A stretch of DNA of 21,383 nucleotides from Macrostomum lignano (GCA_002269645.1 NIVC01000400.1:1-21383); one strand, 5' to 3'; positions 1-8,670 are shown, numbered from the stretch's first letter. Numbers and translations: made by a program. The notes: generated by a model from the letters alone, not told the origin.

Positions 1-150
1 GGTGGGCGCTACGACCCTCACTGTCTCCAGAGCGGAATTCTTATCGCAATTTACCACGACGCTTATCTCTAATTGATGCCTCGACGATAATTAACTCCCG
101 CCACGCTCCCGTGGCGGACTAACACTCAGCGCGCGAAACTATCGCCCATT

Positions 151-393
151 GGCTGCAGTTTATGGTCTTGCCCAGGACCAATCCCCTGGCGAAATTCACC
201 GCCAATGGCTGCAGTTTTCTGTCGTGCTCCTTTCTTTCGCACTTCAGCGTCTTGTGATTGCTGTTTTACGTCGTGCCAGACGCATCATTAGTTAGTTTCT
301 CTCCTAGCGGTTGCAGTTTAACGTCGTGCCCAGGACGCCGGCTCTAGTGAACTTCCTTTCCAGCGGCTGCAGTTTAACGTCGTGCCCAGGACG
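151..393. repeat. Degenerate tandem array, 5 copies, period 49-56 bp, 29-bp core GGCTGCAGTTTAACGTCGTGCCCAGGACG
   Basis: Copies start at 151, 207, 256, 309 and 365; copies 4 and 5 match at 28/29 core positions. Confidence 0.85.
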
Positions 394-998
394 CTTCAGA
401 CATTTCTAGCTGCAACATGTGACATGTCGGTTAGCTGTAAGTTAGAATTATTTTTGCGTCAAGCAGTTTCTGACTCAAGCAATTTGAATTATATTTTTGT
501 GTTGTTTTTATGATGCTTTTACAATTTTTATGTTTTTATCGAATATTCACGCATGTCAGTTCTACTGCAAGACTGTTTTTAATAATTTTAATAATAATAT
601 TTATTCCTTAATAATTTTATCGCATAATAATAATTCCGAATATACTGGCTGATGGAACCGCAGACGACTTCAATCTGGGCCCCTTTCGATTTCAATTTCT
701 ACTAGCAACTTCAATTGTTTATATCTTCTATGGTCGTCTATGGTATTTCTCTTTCATTAGCGTCCTGGAATCTACCAGGTGTGGCAGCTCGAGCAGTTCG
801 TCTTCAACTCCTGCAACTGCAGTGTCAACATCAGCACTTCCAAGTCTTTATTATTTCCAATTTCTAATTTCTATTGACTATTTTTTCTCCGGTTCCATTT
901 TCGTTCAACAAATTTCTCGCGTATGTCTCGACAAGTTACTATTAGTAATACAATTGAAATTTTCGTCTCGACAGTACTTTCGTTTCTATAGACTCCAT

Positions 999-1875
999 TC
1001 AATGATAACCGTATCGTTCCGGGGGTCTAATCGCCGCGCGGTTCCGCAGCCGCGGTATCCAGCTAACGTTATTCGTGCCTGCCCGCTGCGGGGGCGTACT
1101 GTGCACTGGGCTCAGATGCATTAAATTCGGTGGAGTGCGCACAGGAATCTGCCTGGCCTGAGACCCCGCAGGACTCGCCTGCGCCTGCTGGTTTGCATTG
1201 GCCGCTGTCTGAGTATTTTCGACTGCTCTATTCATATTACTTCCAGTAGCTTCGTGAGCTCTCTCACGTTGCAAAAATTAATTCTCTCTGGTCTCTGATC
1301 TCCACTTGACTCTTTCTGACTCCTCCGAGCCGTCATCACTAGCACTTCCAGCTTCCTCTTCTCGATATTGACGCAACTTTTCTTCTGACAAGTAGCAGGG
1401 CTTTGTTCTGTCTACTGTCACTACGTCATGAATTCTGACGGGCTGCTCTATTCGGTCAACCTTGGACCGGGCTTGATTTTTAAATTTTTTCCATTATTTC
1501 TTACTTCAAGCACTCGTACGGACCTACCCACTTCCTATTCGTATCATAACAATTCTGCGTATTCGCTATCCAGACCAGGTCACCTGGCTGATAATACTGC
1601 TGGAATACTTTCGTGTCATAATTAGATTTCTGCCGCCTGACTGATATTTGCTGCTTTTCTCTGGCGATTCTATACGATTCCATGCACTTCTTATACAGAT
1701 CATGTAAATGTTTATCACGGGTCTTGCGCTCCGGTGCAGGCAATCCGAGCTCAGCATCAACCGGTAGCCGCATCTTTCGACCATAGACTAATTCGAACGG
1801 GCTAAACTTATTGCTTTCACTGACTGTGCTTCGCTGAACCATCAAAGCGTGCGGAAGCACCTCATCCCATGCCAA
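999..1875 (-). pseudogene. pol: Pol C-terminus (end of integrase core, GPY/F module, basic tail), interrupted in this assembly
   Basis: WDEVLPHAL...SPFELVYGR; KWVGPY; after shifts near 1515 and 1460 reads HDVVTVDRTKPC; in-frame TAA at 1280-1278; ends LRNRAAIRPPERYGYH*, resembling the R..RPP.RY tail common in Gypsy integrases. Confidence 0.8.
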
Positions 1876-3623
1876 ACTGAGTTCACTCTGGCTAATCTGA
1901 TTCCATCTTTCACTACTCTGACCATGCGCTCGCAGCGACCGTTAGCTTGCGGATGGTAGCTAGTAGTATGGCGCAAATCTATTCGGAAATTTTCGGTTAA
2001 CGATTTCACTAATTCTGCAGTAAATGATGTACCTCTGTCTGATATGAATGCTTCAGGGGCACCATGCCGAGTGATCCACTCTGTGTACAGGGCCCAAGCT
2101 GTACTCTCAGCTGTACAATCTCTAAGCGCTTTTACCTCTAGCCAGCCCGTAAAGTGATCAACCATCAGCAGGAGGTACTTGTTCCCCCGTGCTGTGGCGT
2201 TGAACGGACCGGCGAAATCTATATGTACTTTCTCGCCCATATAACTGCTGACTTCTGGTTCTAAGGGCGCTCGTGGCTTCGGCCCGTATTTCTTTCTTGT
2301 CTGGCACTCAGTACAAGTCTTAATATATCTATCTAAGTTCGTTGAATAATTTGGCCACCAAAATCTCTGTCGAATCAAATCTTTAGTCTTCGAAATACCG
2401 CCGTGAGCCATTTGATCGTGGTAAGCTCTAAACAACTGCTGTTCCAGGGCTTGGTTTTCCGGCAGTACAGTCTGCTCAAATTTTCGGCCTTCGGAATCTA
2501 TCCAATTCCTGTAAATTATGTCATTTTTCACTAATAGCTGCTCATAATCGCTAAATAATGACTTATAACTGCGGCTCATTCCAACCCATTCATTCTTGGG
2601 CGGACAGGGCTCTCCCTGTCTGAGCTTTTGCTTGAGCAGCAGCAACTCTGGCTGGCTCTCCTGCAGTTCTACAATTCCCGCTGGCGTATCGATATTAATT
2701 GCACCGCAGTGGACTGTTGCTGTCTTCGTCGCACTGCAAGTGGGGCATTCCTCATGGTAGCGTTTCGGGGGACCATCCCGCTGAGGTCTGCGACTCAGGG
2801 CGTCTGCGTTACCATGGGCAATCCCTTGGCGGTACTGAATTGCAAAGTCATATTCTTCCATTCTCGAGATAACTTCAAATTGATCAAACTGCTCAAGGAT
2901 CATGTTCCATCTGCCTAGCATGCCTTTTGCACCGTGGCACTTACGCAGCCATTGGAGGGCCGCGTGGTCTGTCCTGACCTTGAAACGACGGCCGACCAGA
3001 TAAGGCCGGTAATGTTCTAAGAAATATATCAGCGCAAACATTTCCTTCATCGTAGTGCAGTAATTCAACTGATGCTCATTTAACGGATGCGAAGCATAGG
3101 CTATTACTTTTTCTTCCCCATCTTGCTCTTGTAATAAATTTCCACCTATAGCTACGTCACAGGCGTCGACATCGAGGATGAACGGTCCCGCGTCGCTATC
3201 GAACCTGGGGTAGCTCAGTACAGGTGCGCTTACTAACTTCTGCTTTAAAAGATCGAATGCCTTCTGGCAACTGTCATCCCACTTATACTTGACATCTTTT
3301 CTAGTTAAATTATTCAAGGGCTCGCTTATTCGCGCAAAGTCTTTAATAAATCTGCGATAGTAGCCGGCTAAGCCTAAGAATCCGCGCAGCTCAGAGATAT
3401 TCTCTGGCCGGGGCCATGTTTGGACTTTTTCTATCTTATCTTTGCTGGTATAGATACCGTGTTGACAGACGGTGTGCCCTAGGAAGGTAACTTCTTTCCG
3501 AAACAGAAAGGTCTTCTCTGGCTTGATTTTCATACCAGCATCTGCTAATCGAGAGAAAATTAATTCTAAATTACTGAGCATTTCTTCGAAATTCTTGCCT
3601 GTGCAAATAACATCATCTAGGTA
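1842..3623 (-). CDS. pol: Pol part: RT C-terminus, RNase H, integrase zinc finger and catalytic core
   Basis: YLDD at 3623-3612 in frame with ORF 1842..3581; FLGH, GFLGLAGYYRRFI; RNase H DVDAC/KEMFA/TDHAAL/NADALSR; integrase H-X4-H...CTEC, HIDFAGP, ISDRGTSF, NGRCER. Confidence 0.95.
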   Translation of the reverse strand, partial: YLDDVICTGKNFEEMLSNLELIFSRLADAGMKIKPEKTFLFRKEVTFLGHTVCQHGIYTSKDKIEKVQTWPRPENISELRGFLGLAGYYRRFIKDFARISEPLNNLTRKDVKYKWDDSCQKAFDLLKQKLVSAPVLSYPRFDSDAGPFILDVDACDVAIGGNLLQEQDGEEKVIAYASHPLNEHQLNYCTTMKEMFALIYFLEHYRPYLVGRRFKVRTDHAALQWLRKCHGAKGMLGRWNMILEQFDQFEVISRMEEYDFAIQYRQGIAHGNADALSRRPQRDGPPKRYHEECPTCSATKTATVHCGAINIDTPAGIVELQESQPELLLLKQKLRQGEPCPPKNEWVGMSRSYKSLFSDYEQLLVKNDIIYRNWIDSEGRKFEQTVLPENQALEQQLFRAYHDQMAHGGISKTKDLIRQRFWWPNYSTNLDRYIKTCTECQTRKKYGPKPRAPLEPEVSSYMGEKVHIDFAGPFNATARGNKYLLLMVDHFTGWLEVKALRDCTAESTAWALYTEWITRHGAPEAFISDRGTSFTAELVKSLTENFRIDLRHTTSYHPQANGRCERMVRVVKDGIRLARVNSVWHGMRCFRTL

Positions 3624-5191
3624 GAGTAAGGCAACTTATAAGCGTAATCGCCTAAGATCTTCTGCATTATACGCTGAAAACAAGCGGGTCCATTCGTGAC
3701 TCCGAAAGGCAAAACTTTCCACTGGAACAGGCCATCATGGGTTCGAAACGCTAATTTCTCGCGGTCAGTCTCTCTGACCTTCACTGACCAATAAGCGCCG
3801 ACCATGTCTAGGGTGCTAAAGTACATGTTGCCTGCCAGGGATTCCAGCGATTCTTGAATTAGCGGTAACGGAAAACTGTCCTTCTTAGTCTTATTATTTA
3901 ACTGTCTGAAATCACAGCAAAATCTGAATTCTCCGGACTTCTTCCGGGCGAGAACAATAGGGCAACTCCACTCAGATTCTGAGGGCTCAATCAAATCGTG
4001 CTCTAATAGCTGCTGCACATGCCCGCTAACAAATTCTCGTTGCTCAGGGCTTTGCTTGCGCAGGGGAATTCTGACTGGGATTTCATCGGTAGTCTCGATC
4101 TTGAATTCGCCCATCTGGGTCTTGCTGATGTCCCACTGATCCTTCGAAACAATATTCTGGTAACGATGTAATAATTCAATTACTTTTGCCTTCTGAGCTT
4201 CACTTAAATCGGTCTCGTTTAAGCGGAATTGCTTCCTAATTCTTTCTGCTTCTTGCATCGTGACTGCTGCCTTCTGCTGCTTCCGCGCACCTACTTCTAA
4301 ATCAGTTTCTGACATTGCGAAAAGTTCTACTTCTTCCTTCATCGGTTGATACTGCGCAACTACCTCATCCTTATGAATTGTCTGTGCCTCTTCAGTCAGG
4401 TTCATTAATCTAACGTAAGTTTCGCCGAATTCGTCTAATCTAGTAATAGCTTTGGCTACTAATGGCTCATCTTTCTCGCTAATTTGACTGCGGCCTGAAA
4501 TGAAGCCGAGTTCTGCAGTTTCTGGAGTATCTTTACATTTAGCCTTGACATAAATTTCGCTCATCGGTGCTATAGATACTTTCTTGACTACTTGCAGTAG
4601 GACACAGCGCGTTTCATCACTCGTTGTTACAAGCGGAATTCTGCGATCACTAAATTCTAAGGATTTTCCTGCTATATCTAATTTAATTTTATGCCTAGTT
4701 AACAAATCGATGCCTATAATTGATGATGTTAGTAAGCCTTCAGCAACATAGAATGGGTGCGTAATCTCGCAGTCCCCAAATCTGACGCGCAATGCTACTT
4801 GGCCTAGTAAATTTGAAGTTTGGCCATTGGCGGATCGCATATTCACTGAGCATGGCTTCAGACTATGATTTGCCGGATAGAGGCGCTGATATAATTTCTT
4901 ATCGATTAGGCAATTCGAGGCGCCGGTGTCAACTAATATTTTTTCGCTTAGTCCGTTAATCTGGCTATCGAGGAATAATCCTGAATTCACTAATTGGCTA
5001 GATATGTCTGCTTCTACGGTCTTCTCTCGCTTCTCTGTTGCTTTCTTTTCAGCTGCCACATCTCGCTGGATGGCTGTCTCTAACTTTCTTAATTCCTGCT
5101 TCATTTCCCTAAGTTCAGCTCTAAGTTCTGCTGTCGGGGCACTCTTGTCAGGTTCTTCTTTCGTTGATTCTTCTTGGAATTTTTCTACCAA
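3617..5191 (-). CDS. pol: Pol part: coiled coil, aspartic protease, N-terminal reverse transcriptase
   Basis: LVDTGAS protease motif (4930-4922); RT motifs WSCPIVLARKK, FRFCCDFRQLN, FPLP, LDMVGAYW, PFGVTNGPACFQR. Joined to neighbouring pieces by 1-nt shifts near 5196 and 3636. Confidence 0.93.
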   Translation of the reverse strand: MVEKFQEESTKEEPDKSAPTAELRAELREMKQELRKLETAIQRDVAAEKKATEKREKTVEADISSQLVNSGLFLDSQINGLSEKILVDTGASNCLIDKKLYQRLYPANHSLKPCSVNMRSANGQTSNLLGQVALRVRFGDCEITHPFYVAEGLLTSSIIGIDLLTRHKIKLDIAGKSLEFSDRRIPLVTTSDETRCVLLQVVKKVSIAPMSEIYVKAKCKDTPETAELGFISGRSQISEKDEPLVAKAITRLDEFGETYVRLMNLTEEAQTIHKDEVVAQYQPMKEEVELFAMSETDLEVGARKQQKAAVTMQEAERIRKQFRLNETDLSEAQKAKVIELLHRYQNIVSKDQWDISKTQMGEFKIETTDEIPVRIPLRKQSPEQREFVSGHVQQLLEHDLIEPSESEWSCPIVLARKKSGEFRFCCDFRQLNNKTKKDSFPLPLIQESLESLAGNMYFSTLDMVGAYWSVKVRETDREKLAFRTHDGLFQWKVLPFGVTNGPACFQRIMQKILGDYAYKLPYST

Positions 5192-5775
5192 GCAAAAATT
5201 CGCAAGTCCTTCAATTCGGTTCTTAGATCTGATAATTCTTTTACTACCTTAGATTCGTCTGCTGAAGCTTTCTTTCCTTCTACTTCACTGAGTCGCAAGT
5301 CTATGCTGTTTAATGCACTTCTCTGAGCTGCCGCAGCTTCGCTTCGCTTCTCTAATTCTTCTGTCAATGCCTCTGACTGTCTAGCTAAGCTCGCTGACTT
5401 CTGTTTATCGATTTCTGCTAATCTGCGTTCCTCGCTTGAGCAAATTCTAACATTGACTGCTCTCTGTTTCCTACTATGAGTAGTATCGTTAGTGCGAATA
5501 AATTTTACTGTCGCCCTCTGGCGCAGAAAATGCATAATTTCGTAATCAGTTGCTATATTAGTATTAGTCACATGAAAGAATATATCTCTATTATTGCTAT
5601 CTCGCAGGAATCCGTAGCCTCTGTAATAATTATACCAAACTAAATTGCCATATTCTACATTGACTGAGCTGTCTTGCTGGTCCTCTACTGCTGCAGCTCT
5701 TCTATTGGGAGTGAATCGGTTTAGTGGCTGGGGGCGGTTGGCCCTCCCTTGGTGCCGCCCCGTCGGTAGTTTAAA
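5185..5775 (-). CDS. Pol transframe region: linker + cold-shock domain (about 5655-5443) + coiled coil
   Basis: The track ORF 5185..5571 extends without stops up to the slippery site; manual translation gives EYGNLVWYNYYRGYGFLRDSNNRDIFFHVTNTNIATDYEIMHFLRQRATVKFIRTNDTTHSRKQRAVNVRI, with CSD RNP1/RNP2 motifs and the terminal AVNV. Confidence 0.85.
   Translation of the reverse strand, partial: FKLPTGRHQGRANRPQPLNRFTPNRRAAAVEDQQDSSVNVEYGNLVWYNYYRGYGFLRDSNNRDIFFHVTNTNIATDYEIMHFLRQRATVKFIRTNDTTHSRKQRAVNVRICSSEERRLAEIDKQKSASLARQSEALTEELEKRSEAAAAQRSALNSIDLRLSEVEGKKASADESKVVKELSDLRTELKDLRIFAW
5707..5775 (-). promoter_or_regulatory. -1 programmed ribosomal frameshift signal joining gag to pol
   Basis: In-frame slippery heptamer U-UUA-AAC (5775-5769), 7-nt spacer, perfect 7-bp stem GGGGCGG (5761-5755)/CCGCCCC (5737-5731), possible second stem GGGAG (5748-5744)/CUCCC (5711-5707). 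The -1 frame is open from here into the CSD and is closed by a UAG four codons upstream. Confidence 0.85.
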
Positions 5776-6956
5776 GAATTTCGTCTAACTGGGCAGTCTC
5801 TAGCCAGGTGAGTTTCTTCGCCGCACTCATAACAGGCCTTTCTCGCATTTGGCGCGTTCGCCCCCGAAGGTTTGAACCTGTCATTGGCCCCTCCGGCCTC
5901 GTGACCAAAGCGTGACGGGCGTGTCATGGCGGGCCTGACAAATGGCGAAGACTGCCTATTATAGGGTCTCGAGTAACTGCTCATGTGATGCTGTGGCCGA
6001 AAGCTATTCTGAGGCTGCACTGGTGCCTGTGGCCTATAGCTTGGGTTCATTTGTCTATGGGCAAACCTAGGTTGCCATTGCCTGTAGTCGAACTGAGGCT
6101 GATAATTCTGGTACGGTTGGTACTGCGAAGGATAGTTGCTCGGGGAAGCAAACTGAGGTCCAAATGACTGGTGGCCTTGCCCCGTGCTGGGTGCTGCTAC
6201 AGGCGTCTCTTCCTTCCCTACTTGAGCCGTTAACGTATTTGAGCCCTCTTGCTTCCTTCTATTCTTTTGGCTACCTGGGTTTGCGAGTTCTTCGAGGATC
6301 TCCTCATTCTTAGCTGCAGTCAATAAATCTTGAGTCTGATACTTCGATTCATGGGTTCTACGATAGGCAATAACTGCGCGCCTGACTTTATAATTTGCTA
6401 TGCCGGCTTCAAATCGTTCAGAAACTCGCTCTCGAGCCTGATTCTCTAGTCCTGCTTTCCTAACTAATTCAACTAGTGCGTCGTAAAATTCTTCTAATGA
6501 TTCGTCTTCCTTCTGCTTGCGGTTCATCAGCTCTAGCTTCGCTTCTTCCTTCTGTCCTACGGGCTTAAATTTGTCCTTTAAAGTCTTTTCGATGCTTTCG
6601 AAAGATTCGGTGCTCGCTAGGCCTAAGTTAATGTAAACCTTATAGGCGTCTTCGTCTAGGAGCGACAATAGTTGATACACTTTAGCCGATTCGTCTATAC
6701 TGTTGCCTTGACAGTAGTTGTGGAAGATTCTTAGAAACAATTCGAAATCTGAGCCAAGTCGGTATGGCTTTGGCTTTGCTACGCTGTTATGCGACTTCAA
6801 AATCACTCTAGGTTCAGGATTTTCGGTTTCCATTCTTCTTATGCGATCCTGCAGTTCTCTCACTACTGTTCTCAAATGTTCGGCCTCATCTATTTCGCCT
6901 TCGTTCCTAATCTCAACTGACTTCGATTCTTGACTATTTTCTCCGTCTTGCGCCAT
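5721..6956 (-). CDS. gag: Gag polyprotein (capsid-like helical region, Q/P/Y/R-rich linker, single CCHC zinc knuckle)
   Basis: 411-aa ORF; retrotransposon-Gag-like segment (ELMNRKQKEDESLEEFYDALVELVRKA); knuckle CYECGEETHLARDC (C-X2-C-X4-H-X4-C) at 5834-5793. Confidence 0.93.
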   Translation of the reverse strand: MAQDGENSQESKSVEIRNEGEIDEAEHLRTVVRELQDRIRRMETENPEPRVILKSHNSVAKPKPYRLGSDFELFLRIFHNYCQGNSIDESAKVYQLLSLLDEDAYKVYINLGLASTESFESIEKTLKDKFKPVGQKEEAKLELMNRKQKEDESLEEFYDALVELVRKAGLENQARERVSERFEAGIANYKVRRAVIAYRRTHESKYQTQDLLTAAKNEEILEELANPGSQKNRRKQEGSNTLTAQVGKEETPVAAPSTGQGHQSFGPQFASPSNYPSQYQPYQNYQPQFDYRQWQPRFAHRQMNPSYRPQAPVQPQNSFRPQHHMSSYSRPYNRQSSPFVRPAMTRPSRFGHEAGGANDRFKPSGANAPNARKACYECGEETHLARDCPVRRNSLNYRRGGTKGGPTAPSH

Positions 6957-7464
6957 GCTAAGTTTTAATCAATCGGAATTTCTATTACTGCAACTTCAGA
7001 AAGTACAACTTGTAAGGCTATAACAATTTCAATAATCTAGCTTTTCTATTTTATCTACTGAGCGGAATCGGTCGCCTCGCTCGCACTGGCAATAACTGAT
7101 AAGAAAAACTGAATGTACACTGAGACAAATTCAACCGGTGTACTCTCTAGTGCGCGCCTCGCAGACTATGCTAATAAACACTAATAAAATTTTCAACTGT
7201 AAACAAAATCTACTTTCACACGCAAGTTTCTATTAAAGTGCTAATTTTAGTTTTAGAAAGTCAAGTTTTATTTTTCCCACTCCTAAATCCTATTCAGTAT
7301 TTTGGGGTAACTGGCCAACCGCAAAACCACACCTAATGCGGAATTGCTGCACACTGCGTGGTTGACGAAATAGCCGCTACGAGCCTGGAACAGACTCGTT
7401 GAATTTTAGTCTAAGCTTGCTCACTTAGAGCACCTACCAATAAACTGCCGCCTGCTAACTATTG

Positions 7465-7481
7465 GATTCCCAGGGGCTCCA
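7465..7481 (-). promoter_or_regulatory. Primer-binding site, most similar to a tRNA-Thr 3' end
   Basis: TGGAGCCCCTGGGAATC starts 2 nt after ...TTTATCACA, about 520 nt upstream of the gag ATG; TGG complements tRNA CCA. The tRNA identity is from memory of metazoan tRNA-Thr ends and the match is imperfect. Confidence 0.65.
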
Positions 7482-7483
7482 CT

Positions 7484-8670
7484 TGTGATAAATAGGCAAT
7501 TAGATAATAGCATGCACGGTGAGCAATTATTTAGGCCCTAGACAAACCTACTTGGAGCGTTTGGAGATTTTAAAGCTATTAATCCTAATCGCCTATCGCC
7601 GGTCGGCGAGTCCTACCAGTCTTTCTCCAATAGCCGCAGGTACAGTACAAGAAAATAAAGAACACGAGGGAACACAAACCGAAAGATTTAGAGAGTGATA
7701 ATCCTATGTGATACAACTGATAATTGGCTAGACGATTTAATTTGATTACTCAAGTTACAGGATTCAAGCAAATTCGCGACGCAGATAATTAGACTGATGA
7801 TAACGAATAATAACGATTAATAATAATGATTATATTACGCACTGACAAGCGGATCTCAGCTGAGGAAGAAGAAGGAGGCACCGAACACAACCACGGAGAA
7901 GACTCCTAACCCCTGGCCTAAGCCAGAACCTACACTCAAACGAGAGCCCTGCCGAACCGACCGTTCAACGGAGTACCGACTAAATTCTATCGGCACTGCC
8001 CTTCAGTGTAACACTGAGGCCCTCGGGTCGAGGCCGCGTACTTGATCAGATCCGACAGTCTCTATCTAACCGCGCTTGATAGCGACGACTTCAGACAGAA
8101 ATTTGCCGTAGACGTTACGCCACAAGACTACTGCGGTTGGGCGGGAACAAAAATACGGACCGGGGTGATGAATTCAGGCGCCTCAAAGCGCGAACCAACA
8201 AGAGGAGAAAACGGGCCACCGGCCGGGAACTGGACAAGACAAACCGGGGAAAGGGAGCAAGCAGGAAAAAGGCGAGATCCGATTGCCAAAACACACTTTC
8301 ATTTATAGTCAGAGTCACAACCCCTCAAAACCCCCTCAAGCCGGGTGGTGGTCGTCTGGCCGGCCGCTTGCTTAAGCCGAATTGCACTGTGCCCGCGGCG
8401 CCGGGTAAAATTGAAACTTGCCGCGTGCCAAAGTCCAGGCCGGTTCTGATTGGCTGGCCGCGCAAAGCTGGGGTTCGCAGACAAACTCAACCCTCCGCTG
8501 AGTCACAAACGGCGTCTAACTCTAACCTGTTTACCATTTTAGATTTCAACCAACTAGAAAAAGTACACAAAAAACGCATGACTAAACTAAAGCAAAATAA
8601 CAATTCAATAACAATATAGAAACTAATGCAGTCAATTTACAACAAAATACACGCAAAGATGCTCACACTA
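7484..8670 (-). repeat. Probable 5' LTR (U5 end defined; U3 end truncated at the LINE junction)
   Basis: Ends in CA adjacent to the PBS; non-coding; no second copy in the window to confirm it. Confidence 0.5.
8301..8505 (-). promoter_or_regulatory. Candidate LTR U3 promoter elements
   Basis: TATAAAT (8307-8301), CCAAT (8453-8449) and TGAGTCA AP-1-type site (8499-8505) in the order expected for a minus-strand promoter; short motifs that could be chance. Confidence 0.35.

Larger units (their letters stand above)
999..8670 (-). mobile_element. Ty3/Gypsy LTR retrotransposon (partial 5' LTR, PBS, gag, CSD-containing pol); 3' non-coding region probably continues to the left window edge, 3' LTR not seen
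   Basis: Domain order Gag-CCHC, PR (DTG), RT (YLDD), RNase H, integrase (HHCC, DDE, GPY) is the Ty3/Gypsy order; PBS-like TGG motif next to a ...TATCACA LTR-type end. Confidence 0.95.

Noticed and set aside
151-393. Repeat-spacer pattern resembling a CRISPR array
   Set aside because: Eukaryotic TE context, no cas genes, degenerate cores, and spacers that share similar 3' ends; it is a diverged tandem repeat.
1-998. 3' LTR and polypurine tract of the Gypsy element
   Set aside because: No match to 7484-8670 and no convincing PPT-TG junction; presumably left of the window.
822-1124. Plus-strand ORF, plus other short antisense or alternate-frame ORFs over pol, the LINEs, the piggyBac and the Apple-LamG gene
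   Set aside because: Shadows of real coding sequence on the other strand or frame, with no independent motifs.
5185-5200. Second programmed -1 frameshift between the CSD ORF and the protease ORF
   Set aside because: A-AUU-UUU is not a canonical X-XXY-YYZ site and no stimulatory stem is evident; one extra base in the homopolymer restores the frame, as at other breaks.
8137-8619. 160-aa plus-strand ORF (and 8042..8308) in the LTR region
   Set aside because: Basic, low-complexity, no recognisable motif; antisense to the element in a GC-rich patch.
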